From assembly GCA_964035545.1 (NCBI GenBank), contig OZ037769.1, positions 4,445,929 through 4,509,928 on the forward strand: a stretch of 64,000 nt of DNA. The letters are read 5' to 3'. The position numbers and the translations under genes are program-made. The notes under the pieces are model-generated. The model saw only the letters and a list, made by a program, of their open reading frames with translations, ran no database searches and had not been told where the DNA came from. Source of the DNA: Bugula neritina. Its lineage: Eukaryota > Animalia > Bryozoa. Positions 33,176 to 46,200 of this stretch are shown here, piece by piece (position 1 is the first letter of the stretch; every line of letters begins with the position of its first letter).

Positions 33176-36100
33176 TTATGTAGGGGGTCGCAACTCTAAG
33201 TTAGTATCAAATTCTTTATCAAACAGCTGATTAGTGAAAGTGAGAGCGCCATCTGTTCCTTGACTGCCATTGTTCTCAAAGTGGACTTCAGTTTCTAGAT
33301 TATAGCCCTTAGCCTAAAAATATGCATTAATCCATAAAACATGTGGAAATAACTCTATACAAGCCAAAAATGGCATTGGGCAGTCTTCTTATGAAATGAC
33401 CAAGATTGAGAGCAAATAAGGGTAAGCAATAAATGTAATATGAAAAAAAAATATATAAGTTGCATAAAATTTAATTCTTCACCTGTTTTCTTCGGCTGTG
33501 TATGTAGAGACCAGCAAATGTGGCAACCACTGCCACTATAATACCTACGGCCACGAGTCCAAAAATAAGTGCCACATCATCATCCGTGGCATTTGGGTCG
33601 GTGGTGGCCCGCAGATTTTCTTTCCCGCCTTCCTGAGAGTGGCTAGTCACAACATGGTGCTTTGTGTGAGGTCTATTTGTAGACTTCTTCCGTGTGGTTG
33701 TTGGTGTGACGTGTCGTCTAGTTGGTGTGACGTGTCGTCTAGTTGGGGTAGTCTTAGTTGTCGGGTGAGTTACAACTTTAGTAGTCTTATCTTTCAGCGT
33801 CGTCTTTACTGTGGAAGGTGTTGAAGTCATCTTATTGGTTGTTGGTTGTGGAGTAGAAGTTGAAGGTGTAATAGGATCTACAAATAGAGTTTAAATTTCA
33901 GAAACACATATATTTATCTTATTTAATAGCACTTTAGTATAGTTAGAACAAATGTAAAACTTATAGTGCACAACAAGTCCCACTGCCGTTGGTTATTCAG
34001 CCTGAGTGTCTTCATGGAGACAGTTGCAAGGTCAAAGCAAAGTTAACGTATGTGCTATGCAGCGGAAAAGGCAGAGTTTTTTCAGTAAATTATTGAGTAA
34101 AAATGTCATAAAATTATTATTTCAAGACTATAAAAAGTTGCCTTCTTTTGAAAGGTGAACGCATTGAGTTTCAGCAAAAGTAGTTTTAAATGACAGAAGT
34201 AACGCATTGATTATCGGTAAAAATTGCTTTGATACAACCATTTAACATGAATAATATTGAGCAATTATAACAACCCAGAACATTATGATAAATTACATGT
34301 GTTGGTTTATGTAGCATTAATACTGAATATAAAATTTCAGTAATACACTTGTATTATAATAAGTTGAATTACTTTAATGAGTATACTTCACACTAAATAA
34401 ACGAAAATTTCAGAAAACTGATAAAAGTCTGTTCTGGAATGTAGCTTTTAAAGTTTTATAATAAGACAAACAAACAAAAAACGCAAAAAACAAACAACTT
34501 ACACTGATATCATCACTAAAGTACTATTAGAGTTTTAAATTATATAAATCAGGGTAGAGGTCATCTTTCTGTTGCACAATTGTGCCATTTCGTCGTAACA
34601 CATGGTAAATGTGCCAACATAATACCAGGATTGTATTAACCACCCGCACAATGACATCCACTAACCTACGCCATGATATACAACTTACACCATAGCATTA
34701 TCTAACCTACCCATGACATGACTTACACTATGACATAACTTACCAGCATCACTCATGCAGACATAATTCAACCAGTTGTTACAACCAATGTCATTCCATT
34801 TGCCACTGTCTCGCCACACCATTTCTACGCAAGCTTCATTATCGTTCTTATCATTGGGTTCGCCACGCGACCAGTACGTCCATTCAACTGGTGACTCATC
34901 CAACCAATAGAAGCCACCTGAAAAGTTTTTTAATCTTTAAGCATAATATACTACTAGATAATATATACAATTACAGTAGTGGAAAATGCCAATAAGTGAA
35001 ATATATTAACACCAATAAACAATGTTGATGTCGAAGAAAAATATAATGTGAAAGCTTTAACAGATTTAGACCAACCTTGTTAGAAACCCATTATTCATAA
35101 ATTTTAAACTTTGAGTTTAAAATAATACTAAAATTTAGAAAAATTCTGTTATTCCACAAACTTTAAAAATCAAACACCATTTACAGCTAACTTGTTCACA
35201 ACTTACAATTCTTACACTATGTGTCTTACAAGTGCAAAGGAATCTTTTTCAAGTTGAAAATTTATGAATAAGAATAACTCAGACTAACTGTCAATATTTC
35301 GAAGTAGACCGAGCCAGATGTTTGCCTTTATTCCATTATCGGCTATTAACTTCATCACGGCCATTGCTTCATCGATACTGTGAAGACTCAATAACTCCTT
35401 GCCCATCTACAACACATATCACTTAATACTGTATATTAGTACTTGTATTAGGACATATGTTAGTAGAATACAGCAATATAATATATGATGTGGTAAACAA
35501 AACAGCATGCTTGTATTTACTAACCGAAACAGCGGATAATAAAAACTATGTGTGGATTAAAATGTTTGTATGAAAGTCTGTATTAAATAAATAGGATAAA
35601 ATATAATAATGTGAATTATTTGATTAACATTGAATAATGCAAATTAATAATTAATCCAACACACAGACATGCTTCTAAAGACCTGGCAAAATAAACCATA
35701 TATAAACCATATTAATATAAAATAGAGATCAAAGGAATTTCCTAATCAATTGTGATTAGTACTGCAGTTGATGTAAAACAAATTTTTAGAATTTATCTCA
35801 TAATGCATCAATAACCAATCAATGACTACCTTCCATTCTAGTGAAGCTGTTGGCGAAAGAGACTTGTAAGCTTTTCATATGATAATAGCATTTAAACCTG
35901 ATGACTAATCACACTTACCTGAAGACAAGAGAGATGCGCACTGGACCACGTCTGTTTTCCTGTCTTTCCCACCATATAACATTTGTCATTGAATACAAGT
36001 TCATCTTCACCACATTTGTATTGTACTGGCGGTTTCACTGGCGGAGATTCTAAAACAGAGACTTCTTTTCGTTGTAAACTTGTAGAGTTCAAAGCGCTTG

Positions 36101-39100
36101 TAAATCCAATAGCCTTAGTACCACCCTAACTATACCTCCTCAGTACCACTCTAACTATACCTCCTTAGTGTAACTAATGTAGATACTAAAATAACTATTA
36201 TATACACACATAGTTTAAATTTCATGAGCAAAGTTTGATATGAGCAGTTGTTGTCTCATAAACTGCAAGTTTGAAAAATACGCTAAATGGAAGTAAGCAT
36301 AGAGTATTTACACATAACCATGTGACTATTGGTGAAGTTAAATGATTTGTTTGTGTTTTTAGTAAAAAATGATTTTTAGTGGCCACAAAGTCTATTTCCA
36401 CCAAAATGATTCAGAAAAATTGGTAAAAACAAGTTTTCATGTACCTAAAAAAAATTAGAAGCAAAATCAACTACTATAAGTAATTATGAAAGGAAATACT
36501 AAAATCTATGACACCAAATCTACTGAACACACCTATAGAAAAGCTTAAATTTTTGGTTTGATTTCATGTTAGGAAATACATGAGGTTGCAAAACTCACGG
36601 TTGGTTTTCTTGCAGACGAAGGAGTGAGTGAAGTAACAGTACGTGTCGTTCCAGTTCCCAGTAAGAGGGTCAATAGTAACACACTTCTTTTCAACAGAGT
36701 CTGCTGAGACAGGCCTTCCTTTATCCCACTGAGTATAGGTCACCGGCCACCCGTCTTGCCAGAAGAATGAGTCCCATGAAATGTTCTTAGTCTATCAACA
36801 GTCAAACAATGAAGGCAAAAGTTCAACTTGTAACACAAAGTTGGGACACAGTGTGACAGTTCTTTCAGAAATATATGGAGACGTCTCTCTCTCTACCAGA
36901 ATTAGAGATAAGATGTCCTGTCATCTTATAATAGTGTTTTACTGTTGAACTGAATGGTGTGAATAAAGCATCTGTTTTTATATTATTGGTATAATAGCCT
37001 AGAACATTTTATTGCCTACTACAATGTACATCATTTATGTGAAACTGACATAATTATTTAGTATAATAATACGATTAAGTAACGTAAACAAGGGTTGCCA
37101 TTAACAGATTATCTTAAAATCGCATGATATACTAATAAGTAGTGTATGTGCATGCTAATATGAAAAGAGTATAGGAAATAATAGTTTATAGAGTAGAATT
37201 TGTCACCCTTATTTTAAATAAAATTTCAAGACAAAAAACCTTTTATAAACTTCATCTAATAAAACACTTATGGCCTTCAGTCAGCTAGTGAAATCATGAA
37301 ACACCATATTTGAGCAGAAAGTAAGGGTACGTTACTAGACACTTACAATCAGAGCAGACAGTAAGGGTAAGTTACTAGACACTTACAATCAGAGCAGACA
37401 GTAAGGGTAAGTTACTAGACACTTACAATCAAAGCAAACAGTAAGGGTGCGTTACTAGACACTTACAATCAAAGCAGACAGTAAGGGTAAGTTACTAGAC
37501 ACTTACAAACAAAGCAAACAGTAAGGGTACGTTACTAGACACTTACAATCAGAGCAGGCAGTAAGGGTGCGTAACTAGACACTTACAAGAGTGAAATCCA
37601 GCTCAGTGAGTCCCAACCAAACAGGTTCATTGACAAACACCAAGAGTGACTCAACAAACAGCTGTTCATACACCGAGTTGACAGACACCAGCTGTGCATT
37701 GTCAGCAAGACACGTATCTGATGCCTTGTCAAATGCCACCTTCAAAAACACAAAATAGACTGTAATTCAGACAGAATAACCTGCGACGTTTAATTTTAGA
37801 CTAAGCTTTCTGATTTACAAAGTATAACAAAATTACTAATAGACTCTTATCAACAATAAAGTATAACTGAAAGTGATAGATAATAGGTTTAAGCAAACTT
37901 ATTGCCACATATTTCTTAGTATAAATGCATAAAACTGTGTAGTTATCTTACCTTGGAATCATAATATTTGTAACAAGCGTCATTGTAAAACGTATACCCA
38001 TCTTGACACAGTTTTCCATCTGGAGTAGGAGCTGGTGTAGAGATCAAAGTGTCTACAGAAGACGTGAATTTACAGCTATTTTAATAAGTGGATATCAATA
38101 TATGTACTCAATGTGAGAGAAGACAACTCAGTAAAATAAAAAATAGAGTCTAGCATAGCTTACTTTAATTTTATGCTTGAGATTGCATACTGTACGTACA
38201 TTTTGCAGATGTAAAGTGTATGTGTGAATAGTACATGTACACCTGACATATAAATTATACTTATACATGGCATACATATACCTAAATTATACTTATTATA
38301 TATGGTAAATACTTATTATATATACCTTTATCCATAACACACATGTAGTCTAGCTCCAATGAACAATCTACATCTCTCCACTTGCCAGGTTGGAGCGGGT
38401 GTAGCACCATCTCCACACAATTATGCTGAAGAAAGAGGCAATAGGTACACAGAATAAAGATCATTTATATCTGGTATATAAGTAGTCTCTGGTACAGCAG
38501 CACAACAGTTGACATTCTAACATAAAACTATTATTTGCAACAAATCACTAACTACAAGCAATTAGCCTTGGAGAACAACATAGCAATAGAGAAATACCAT
38601 ACTTTGTATAGCGATAAGCCACAAGATTTGCTAAGAATATGACGCTATAAGCAGCTAGAAGTACACAGTTTGCCATAAGAGCTGAACAGTTACCAAATAC
38701 ACGAAACCTACCAATAGACAACCAGACTTCACACTTACAGATTGTCGCAGGTCAGGTTCTCCCTCGATCCAGTTAGTGAACTGAACCTGGTCATTATTGG
38801 ACCACCAGAAGTGGTTATTCCAGAACCGATCACTTAGGCCTATCCAGATATTCTCCTCCAGAATGTACAGCTGACTAGAGATGAAAGCTACAACACAGCA
38901 GCAATATGTGTAACCTAACTGTAAGACATACGTACTCCAAGCCGTACAACTAGCCTTTAAATTTAACCAGAGTTCTAAAACTCATGTCATGTGATCTACT
39001 GATAGATTGTTGGGACATTACATGAGCGTGGAAAGCTTCGGTTGAATCATTACAGCTTTACTTGTATTATCATAGCTATGTTGGCTACATTATGTTTTTC

Positions 39101-40138
39101 TCTATTGTGATTGGTTGATATACAACGATTTTGACTACTACAAAAACCTATCTTTTTAGACTATTATAAACCCAGCACTTTCTGTTTAACTTTTCTTTTT
39201 TCACTCAGCCTGCAGTAATAAACACACATCTATATATTTAAAACACAACATATATGATACTATGAAAAGACTATACAGGCACGAATAAATAGAACCTACC
39301 TTGCTCTTTGATGCTATGGATGGCCAGCAAATCAGAGTTGAGACCTTTTCTCCTGCATGCGTCCCTGGCGTCTGTCCAGTTAAGAGGTTGGTCGGTAAAG
39401 AGGCCGTAACACATGCCTCCTGTAAAACAGTGGTGTAATATACATCAATAGTAACACATGCCCCCTGTAAAACAGTGGTGTAGCATATATCAATAGTAAA
39501 ACATGCCTCCTGTAAAACAGTGGTGTAATATACATCAATAGTAACACATGCCCCCTGTAAAACAGTGGTGCAATATATATCAATAGTAACAGCAGCCTCC
39601 TGTAAAACAGTGGTGCAATATATATTAACAGTAACACATGCCTCCTGTAAAACAGTGGTGTAGCATATATCAACAGCAAAATATACAATCTTCAACACAA
39701 TTATATAGAATACATAAACAAATGCCTGTTTTTTAACATGGTAATACAGTATATCATAATATATGAAACAGAACATACATACCTATAATATAGAAATAAA
39801 GATAATACAAAAATTTCCTTGGAAAGTCCCACCGAAAGGCAACGGTATGGCACCCTACCAATGATTTTCACATAAGAAGCAGACACAACTAGAAGAGGAG
39901 TAGTCGTACAACACATTATCTACTCACCAAACTCAACCCAGTCACGTGGACAGTGTCCTGGCTTATCATACATGATGGCGGGGCTGAGGGTGAAAGGGCG
40001 GGGGTGTTCTGGCTTCTTACAGATGTATCCTCCCTCCGTACCACAATGTTGGTCGTTCCATCTGCCTTTCTCGTGAGCTGTAAGCAACAGCATGTTGTGT
40101 GTGTTTGTGTATGTGTGTGTTTGTGTATGTGTGTGTAT

Positions 40139-40191
<53 letters not shown>

Positions 40192-40197
40192 AGTGTG

Positions 40198-40228
<31 letters not shown>

Positions 40229-43200
40229 TTGTGTGTGTGTATGAGTGTGTATGCATGCGTGTGTGTGGTTTTGTGTGTATGTGCGTGTGTGTGTACGCGC
40301 GCGTCTGTATGAGTGTATGTGTGTGAGTGTGTGTTGTGCGAGCGCGTATTTATGTCCGACATCTTCATCTGTTACTCACCTCCTTTCACAGTCTGAGTGA
40401 ACATAAAGGCACATCTCTCGGACTTGTCGTGATTGTTAGGTTCATTCACCCACCAGTTAACATAATCAACGTAGGATTTGTCCGTCCACCTGTAAAACAC
40501 AGAGTTTTAATTGTTAGGAGTTCAGTGTTAGAAATTTAAAACTGAATATTTCAATAAAAAAAAACTATTTCGAATTGAGGTTTCACATGCAATTTAAATA
40601 ATGATGTAAAAAATTGTAAACTCCCATTAAAAATTATTCTGCAACATTCAATGAATAAGAAAGAAAAGGTTGTAGTACTTACTCCCAGTTACTCAATCCC
40701 AGCTTTGTGAAGCCAATGGCTGTAATATAACTTCCCATATAGAAGGTGCTGTTGAACTACAAAACCATATACATGCATATACAACAAAACTTACACCATA
40801 TCTTCATATCATTTACTGTTAGAGGGCTACTAATAAAATGAGAAAGCAGGCTATACGCGTTTAATTTTTGGCTTAATAATAAATTTGTTAAGTTAGAAAT
40901 ATAATTGAATTTTTTCCCTGCGAAATCACCCTAGAATTACCTAGCTATTAGAACATTATTTAGTGACATAAAATTATCATATAAAGTTATTATATTTTAT
41001 TAATAAAAAAAATTGTACAATAAACATTTTAATACATAGCATTTTGTATTGAAGAAAGAGACATTTTAAAATCAAAACAAAAGCCTCGCCCCACGTCTAA
41101 TTACTATTACACAAAGCAAGGAGTTCACAAATGTAACAACACTTACTATGAAGTCAATCTCATCGGTGCCGTGGAAACTTGCCAAGTCAGCGCCCATAGA
41201 CTTACACTTGTAATTGGACTCGTGCCAAGAAATTCTCTCCGTGCCGATATAATAGCAGTTTCCCCGGTAATACTTCCAATCACGATCCCCGTCACAAAAT
41301 TCTATGCAAAAAGAAAGAAATTATCTTCGTTTACTGCTTATTTTAGTGACCAGCATTTTGTTCATTATGCAACATTAGGAATAATGTGTCCCGAGTATAT
41401 GATAAAAGATGATAATATTAATCAAGTCAACATACGCTTTTCTGTGGTAGTTGAAATGGTGGGTAAACTGGTAGTTGTGGGTTCTGTTAAAACAAGTGCG
41501 GGCTCTTGACAGACCCACCCTTTCTTAGCATAACATCTGTCTGAGGTCCAGTTGGCTCCTAAATATATAAAGTAGGTATCACCCACTTTATGTGAAAAAC
41601 TCAAATCACAAAAAATAAATTTACATTTACTTTTCAAATTGCAGTTTCAAATTTTAACATGGTTTTTGTATGAGTTTTCATAAATTAAACCTATGAAATT
41701 GAAGTGTGTTTAATATTTTATTGATTCTGATAATCAAATCAATACTGAATTAGATTACACCACTCTATTATTCATTTTTATTTATTTAACTTCCATACAC
41801 TGTTTCTGGATTTTTTTAAATATAAATAAACAGCTACTTCAACACTTGACCATCCGGGTGCTCATGACTTCATATAAAAATGAAACTAGAAATCGTCTGC
41901 CCATTTGCAGCCATATTGGTACAGGATGCAGATAAGTTGACTCACCAAAACCGAGTGCAGTTGACGTGTCATACTTGAGGAAAATACAGATATCCTTCTG
42001 ATTCTGGTGTCCAGGGGAGGGCTGGTCAGGCCCCCACTGCTCGTACTCAACCTCGCTATTGTCTGTCCACACGTAGCTACCTGTAACCATGGTAACCAAG
42101 TATTGGCTACATGTAATGACAGTGACGGCATGGAATACCGTGATAAGGATACTGACTACTAACTAACTGCTACTGGAACTACTATTATACTAACTATTAT
42201 ACTAACTACTACTAATATTCTAAATACTATATTAACTACTATACTGACTGCCACTACTAGCTACTGATTACTACAAATACCATAATACTAATTACTACTA
42301 TACTATTAGCTACTATACTAACTACTATACTAACTAATACTACTAAAAAACTCACAACCATTACTTCATTACTAACTACTAGATAACTACCATTACTACT
42401 ATACTAACTACCACACTGACGAACAATTACTACTATAATACTAACCAGATTTTGATTTGATTAAACCTATCCATACTGAAGTAGGGTTGGTAGAGAATCC
42501 AATAATAGCCGTAAGGAAATCCTGTACATCGCCATCATGTATGCTAGCTAGCTGCATACCATCCTGACAAAATGGCAGCATAATTATTAATTGCCGATGC
42601 TACATATTTTTACCCTATGTGATAATTTGCTGTGGCACTTTTTTATGGTAATTTATCTTATTGACTAATATATCTTTTTTATGTAATTTAAAATAATGGC
42701 CATGAAATAGCCATATGTCAAAAATTTACAAGAGAATATTTGCCATGTAGCGACTTTTATTATGTACAGTCTAATACTGATTTATTAGAAAAAAGTTACC
42801 AGAAATTATATGCAGTGACACTAGTTAGTTTCTGACCTTGACATTAGCCTAAGAGTTACTAAACTTACTCGTTGACACTCTGCAGAGGCGTCAGACCAGG
42901 ACTTCCCATGCCGAGGAGTGTTGACTGTGTAGCACTGATCTCTATATTGAATAGCCAATGGGTTTTCACACAAATACTGGTGAGGAGAACGAGTGGGCAG
43001 GGGAGCTGTAACAAAGGTGATATCGAGTTTTAACTCGTATGCTATTTTTATCGATTAAATAGTTTGCTGCATTATTTAAAAGTAAATCATGTAAATATCA
43101 AAATATAATGTCTGATCTCGTAAAGTTTTTAAAGAAAAACTGAAACCATTTTTATTGAATTAAATAAAACTTCACTAATACAGCAGCAAAAAAATTCAAT

Positions 43201-46200
43201 TTCGGTAGCATGCATAGCGTTAGAAAAACTCTAAGACACATCTACTAAAGTTTACTAAGATTAATCTAAAAATAGAAAGTAAAGTAAAGGTTTTCTTCAA
43301 TCCTGCTGGAAAATTTAGACTGGGAACCAATGACTCACCATTTGATATCTTACACACGTAGGGCTTAATGACTGTAGAATTACAGGCTACAGAGCTCCAT
43401 TCACCGGTTGATACGTTCATGCTGACGCAGTTAGGGGCTCCATCTACATGTCTAGGCTGGTTCTTCGACCATCTTGAATATCTCACTTCCTGTCCATCCT
43501 CCCACATGTACTGTCCAACCTTCAGTTTCTTTAATCATTTCGATTATTATAACTATGACTACGGCTATCAGTGTTGATTATTATGACTTTGACTATAACT
43601 ATAAGTGTTAATTACTATGACTATGACTGCAACTATAAGTGTTACTCAATAGCCAATTACTCTTGGCATAACTCCAACTATAGACATGTTTGTATTACTG
43701 CAGCATGTATATTGTAGTCTACAGGCTTTAGACTTACAATGTGAAGCTCTTAGAATAAAAGCTGGCCGTTTATTTAAATTGGTAAAATTTTTATAGCAAC
43801 TCTTGGTAACATAAACATACCTTTTTACATAAATTAATTGTTTACAGGTTTTCACCAACTGAGCCCTTATTAGTAAATTCCTATTAGTGTCAAACATAGA
43901 TATTACATTTTATTAATGTTTACACATTTTACTATAACTTGTACCAACTATCAGAAAACTTGACATGATGTCAAGCAATGAAATTCAGTTTTCTCACATA
44001 AGAGTAAATATAATGTTAACAAACCATTTATGCAGCCCAAGTTGCTCAGTAAGGAAAGACAACTCACGTTTACAATATACTCTTGTCTCTTCATACCAAT
44101 CCAGATATCCTCACCAAGTGTAGCCTCAGATCTAGCTAACATCAGTCTAACGAATGAGTCTTCAGCAGCCCCCAACACAGATACTAGATAACTGTTGTCA
44201 AGACTAACAAAAATAAAATAAAAATGTAATAATAAAACAAGTATGAAGATAAAGAGCATTGCCGGACAACTATAAGATGGTTATATAATTATATGTTTAC
44301 TTTCTCATCAAAATACAAAATTAAAATAAGAATGCAAAGTAACTGGAAGCATGCAACCATGCCAAACCTTGATTTATTTTCTACTAAATTATATCACATA
44401 TTATATGTTGTGTTATATTATATTATGTGTTATATGTTGTGTTATATTACATTACACACTACATATTCACTCACGCAAGTTTATAGTCACTATCCCTGTG
44501 AGAAACCCCTGTTGGAAAGGGTTTTTATTAGAACGGGCTAAGGACTTGTTTAGATGAGGCACAGGAGCAATTATGACTGGATGCTCTTCCTAACATCACC
44601 AGTGGCCTTTGTCTGGGCTCGAACCCATGACCTTCGTGTTTACTAGGCAAACGCTCTAACCCCTAGACCACGGCTGCTCCCATTACACACTACATATTGC
44701 CATATATTAAATCACATACTACATATATAATATTATATTATAATATACTATATTACATATTATCTTATATTACATACTATAATATTACATTATATTATAT
44801 ACTATAAATAGTATCATATTATATTGTGTTATATTATGTTACATACTATATTGCATCATATTATATACTATATATTACATCATATCATATAGCCTATTAT
44901 ATTACAACAATCTGCACTAAGTCATACTTTCTAGCACAGTTCTCAGCTGCGTCTTCAAAGCTAGAAGGGGAATCATATAGTCTGTAACAAGCTCCATCAA
45001 ACTCCTCATAGCCAGTAGAACACAAGCTACTTTTCACTGTTGTTGGTGGAGTAGAGATGCTTCTATCTGCATGTTTAGAGAACAAAATCCAAGTTTAATT
45101 TGGGAAAAATGTTGCGGCTTTTTACATCTTATAACATAATACAATATAAGAATATCAAAATTAAAAATATTATTTGAGTTGCTATAAAGCTCATGTAAGT
45201 ATTATTTTCTATAAAAATATGTATACAATTTCTATTAGTAGAAAGCTGGTTGAGTATGAATCAAAACAAACCAGTGGGCCCAGAACAGAAATACATCAGT
45301 TCGTCTGAGCAGTCCACCCCTATCCACTTTCCTAGTTGATGTGGGTTCTCAGTCTCAAGTCTCGCACATCTGGAGTCCTGCAGCATAAACATCACAGTCC
45401 CATAACGTAATATGCAGGTACAATTTATGTATTGAAAATATCATACATTCCTACATGCTTTTAAAACTCTTATTCACCATGTAGTAATGTTTTCATTTTT
45501 GTCTGGAAGACTGGTTTATCATATTTACCATAAAATAATGCCCAAATATTTGACAACTACTGTAAGATTAGTCAAAGGAATTAAGTCAAAGCAATTTATG
45601 GTGAAATAAATGTAGCCAACATAATAAAAAATTCAAAACTTAAGAGTGAATGAAATATTTTCAATATAAAACAAATATTAAAAATATAATGTATAGAGAA
45701 AATTAAAAAGTTTAAAAAACACAAAAAAGGTTACTGCTACTAACTGCTATTTAAAGATAAACATCAGCAAAATGAATCAAATTAGCTTAAGGTCATAAAA
45801 CTTAGCAGCATGAAGAGGGAGGGAGTGATGTCCAACCTTAGAATACTGAGGCTGAAAGGAGGCCCAGTAAGTTTCAGTGACGGGGTCGTTGTTCGACCAG
45901 ACAAATCTTTGGAAACCAGACAAGTCACTAAGGCCAATCCACACTGACTTCTTCAGCTTATACACCATAACCTCTATGTAAGCTAAACAAAAAGCACCAG
46001 AGGTCTTTGAAATAGTGCAGCATAATATTAGTATATGCAGCTAGTTGCGTGTCATCATAAGTTTGCAAATTAAAGAAAACTTAGAGTTAAAATGGTTTGG
46101 TTTACATTTGAAGCGCGTGAGTACTAGAAGATGAGTTTAAACTGGCAAAAAAAGCTGATAAAATTCTGCCAGTTTCTACATGTATCATACAAATGGTGAT

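Noticed and set aside
39201-39776. 191-aa ORF with repeated YTTVLQEACVT
   Set aside because: Off-frame translation of the 45-bp splice-acceptor repeat; the real exon is read as GGMCYGLF
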